Positions 61,951 through 63,544 of a stretch of 63,544 nucleotides of DNA are shown piece after piece. Each line of letters starts with the position of its first letter. Within the stretch, counting starts at the first letter, position 1. The position numbers were made by a program, and so were the translations under genes. The notes beneath the pieces are model-generated. The model was not told the DNA's origin. It ran no database searches and worked only from the letters and a program-made list of their open reading frames with translations. This stretch comes from Candidatus Woesearchaeota archaeon (lineage in GTDB: Archaea; Nanobdellota; Nanobdellia; Woesearchaeales; GW2011-AR4), in contig NZDH01000016.1 of assembly GCA_002688775.1 (NCBI GenBank), positions 1-63,544 of the forward strand. The letters are read 5' to 3'.

Positions 61951-63544
61951 ATGCCTAAAAAGAAAACTGATCTTAATGCTCTGGTCAGAAAGACAGATAT
62001 TGAGGGTTTAGTACGTTGGAAACCAGAACCAACCGATATAGCAAGAGTTGATGAAGTTAGGCAGGGTTTTATTGGACTAGAAGAAGACCTTACTTATTCT
62101 GAAGTTCATGGCAAATATCCAACTGAAATTAAAGTAGATGATGATGACTCAGTTATGGCACTAGTAAGATCAAGGGCCGAAATAGTTGCTAGACATGATG
62201 TTGACAGTCTTGAAGGATTGAGAAGAGAAAGTGGATTGGATATACACAGAGAAGAATTAATAGAGGGCATCCGTAAAGACATTTCATTTGATGAAGGTCT
62301 TAAAAAACTACTCGTGTACATCAATAAATATGGCACAGATAGATTAGGAGAATTAGGTATGAGTAGGGCAAGAACTTTACGTGATGTAGCTAAAGTGATG
62401 CCAGAGATTTCTTCTGCAGAGATAGCGTGGTTATCAACCTTAAGATCAGTTCCAGATGTTTATCTTCAACAAAATAGAGGTGTGCCAACCATTCTTGATT
62501 TTAACGTTGAGGGTATAGAATTTGGATTTGATGGATTAGATAATTTTGAATTGGAAAGAATAGCATCATTTGATGCATACGCAGCTGCAGGATTTACAGG
62601 AGTAGCTGAAGGAGTAACTTTTAAACCATATGAAGCCAAATTTGCAAAAGCTTTCAAGGCATTAGCATTACTAACATTATCAGACTCGTTAGTTTATACT
62701 AAATTGTATGACCAACAAAGCGCTAACTCTTTAGTAAAAGGGGAAGGTAACTTAAAAAGAAAGCTTATAGAAAATAATATCGAACATTATTCTTTTACAG
62801 CGGAAGAACTTGAGAAACATAAATTAAGAGATTTAGATTTGAGTTCTGATGAACATAGTGAATTGGAAGATAGAATTCGAGACACTCTTGCTAATAAACA
62901 ATTATTTGATCTTGGCAGGGATGCGATGTGTTCTACATCAGATTTAGTAACAACTGTTGGTTTATTAGAAAGAGTTCCTGAAGTTTTAGTAGGGGGTGAT
63001 AAATTTGCCGGATATGTCTTACCATTTGGTAAAGGTTTGAAGTTTTTAGATCAAGATGGAAACGAAGTTGAATATGTAGCATACGATCCCTATTTACGGC
63101 TGGAGGCGCAACAACATATCCATCATGCATCGGTAGACATTTCTAGAAATAATCAACTGGTTCACTGGTTTTTTGATGCATATGCCCAAGATATAGAAGC
63201 GAGAATTAGTGGAGATGAAACATTACCTATTGATAGGTTAAGGGAAAGATTTAGAGTTAATTATGGAACTGTAGTTCCTACAAGAGCTGTCAAATCCATC
63301 ACAGCTATAGGAAATTTCATGGAAGTTGGCAACTTAAAAACAAGTGGCTTAGGGATTGGTTATACATTAAAAATAGGAACAGATGAGCTTCAAGTTCTTT
63401 TAGATGTTCTTGACAAACTTCCAAGAGATTTAGTTCCTGAAATTACAGCTGTACACCGTAGAAGGACAATGTCAGACTCATTAGCTATGTTTATAGGTGG
63501 ATTTGAAAAATTGGGATCATATTCTAGAGATAATAGAGATATTA
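61951..63544 (+). CDS. Large foreign-composition hypothetical protein, 5' part (more than 531 aa, runs off the window)
   Basis: Not in the ORF track because there is no stop in the window. Hand translation from ATG 61951 (MPKKKTDLNALVRKTDIEGLVRWKPEPTD...) stays open to 63544. Confidence 0.6.
   Translation, partial: MPKKKTDLNALVRKTDIEGLVRWKPEPTDIARVDEVRQGFIGLEEDLTYSEVHGKYPTEIKVDDDDSVMALVRSRAEIVARHDVDSLEGLRRESGLDIHREELIEGIRKDISFDEGLKKLLVYINKYGTDRLGELGMSRARTLRDVAKVMPEISSAEIAWLSTLRSVPDVYLQQNRGVPTILDFNVEGIEFGFDGLDNFELERIASFDAYAAAGFTGVAEGVTFKPYEAKFAKAFKALALLTLSDSLVYTKLYDQQSANSLVKGEGNLKRKLIENNIEHYSFTAEELEKHKLRDLDLSSDEHSELEDRIRDTLANKQLFDLGRDAMCSTSDLVTTVGLLERVPEVLVGGDKFAGYVLPFGKGLKFLDQDGNEVEYVAYDPYLRLEAQQHIHHASVDISRNNQLVHWFFDAYAQDIEARISGDETLPIDRLRERFRVNYGTVVPTRAVKSITAIGNFMEVGNLKTSGLGIGYTLKIGTDELQVLLDVLDKLPRDLVPEITAVHRRRTMSDSLAMFIGGFEKLGSYSRDNRDI

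Overview
Gene-dense, low-GC archaeal chromosome segment. My spot counts are about 28% GC in housekeeping genes. Archaeal hallmarks are aCPSF1, proteasome alpha and beta subunits, the RNase P Pop5-psmA-SBDS-Rrp4-Rrp41-Rrp42 exosome superoperon, Alba, an intron-containing tRNA, MAP2 and archaeal-type ProRS and GAPDH. The small-genome, DPANN-like feel is only an inference.

Main blocks:
(1) 359-8374: tRNA-His, then a translationally coupled his operon (hisG, hisC-HAD fusion, hisB, hisH, hisF, hisA-hisI-hisE fusion, hisD), then hisS.
(2) 8.4-20 kb: housekeeping and regulators (map, CBS, UPF0182, aCPSF1, psmB, TrmB, a surface protein, a RelE toxin-antitoxin pair).
(3) 23-28 kb: proS, a run of small membrane proteins and an S1C protease.
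(4) 29.7-40.8 kb: tRNA-Arg (with intron), alba, a CNNM transporter, argS, ribB-ribD, carB-carA, GDPD.
(5) 42-54.7 kb: ribA, sugar-nucleotide genes (two PGM/PMM-family mutases, an RHH-fused nucleotidyltransferase) and a gluconeogenic block (ald-gap-fba-glpX).
(6) 56.3-60.7 kb: the exosome superoperon.

About 14 ORFs interspersed among these blocks are compositionally foreign. They are visibly GC-richer (about 38-45% by spot count) and rich in R/H/P/Q/D, not K/N/I. The most striking is a two-gene module at 20375-23179. Its 381-aa protein carries the four RelA/SpoT synthetase signature blocks. Its 522-aa partner has degenerate metallophosphoesterase motifs. I read this as a candidate toxSAS-like or alarmone module.

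Other observations:
- A structured two-hairpin element is present immediately 3' of both ribB and ribA, with compensatory stem changes.
- A divergent winged-helix/88-aa gene pair is duplicated.
- Two ORF disruptions each occur at a G5 run and would each be repaired by one extra G.
- One gene has an in-frame TAG.
- ald appears to start at ATT.
- An orphan gene sits inside the exosome superoperon.

I saw no rRNA, CRISPR array, transposase or integrase. All calls come from reading the sequence and the ORF track by eye. No searches were run.
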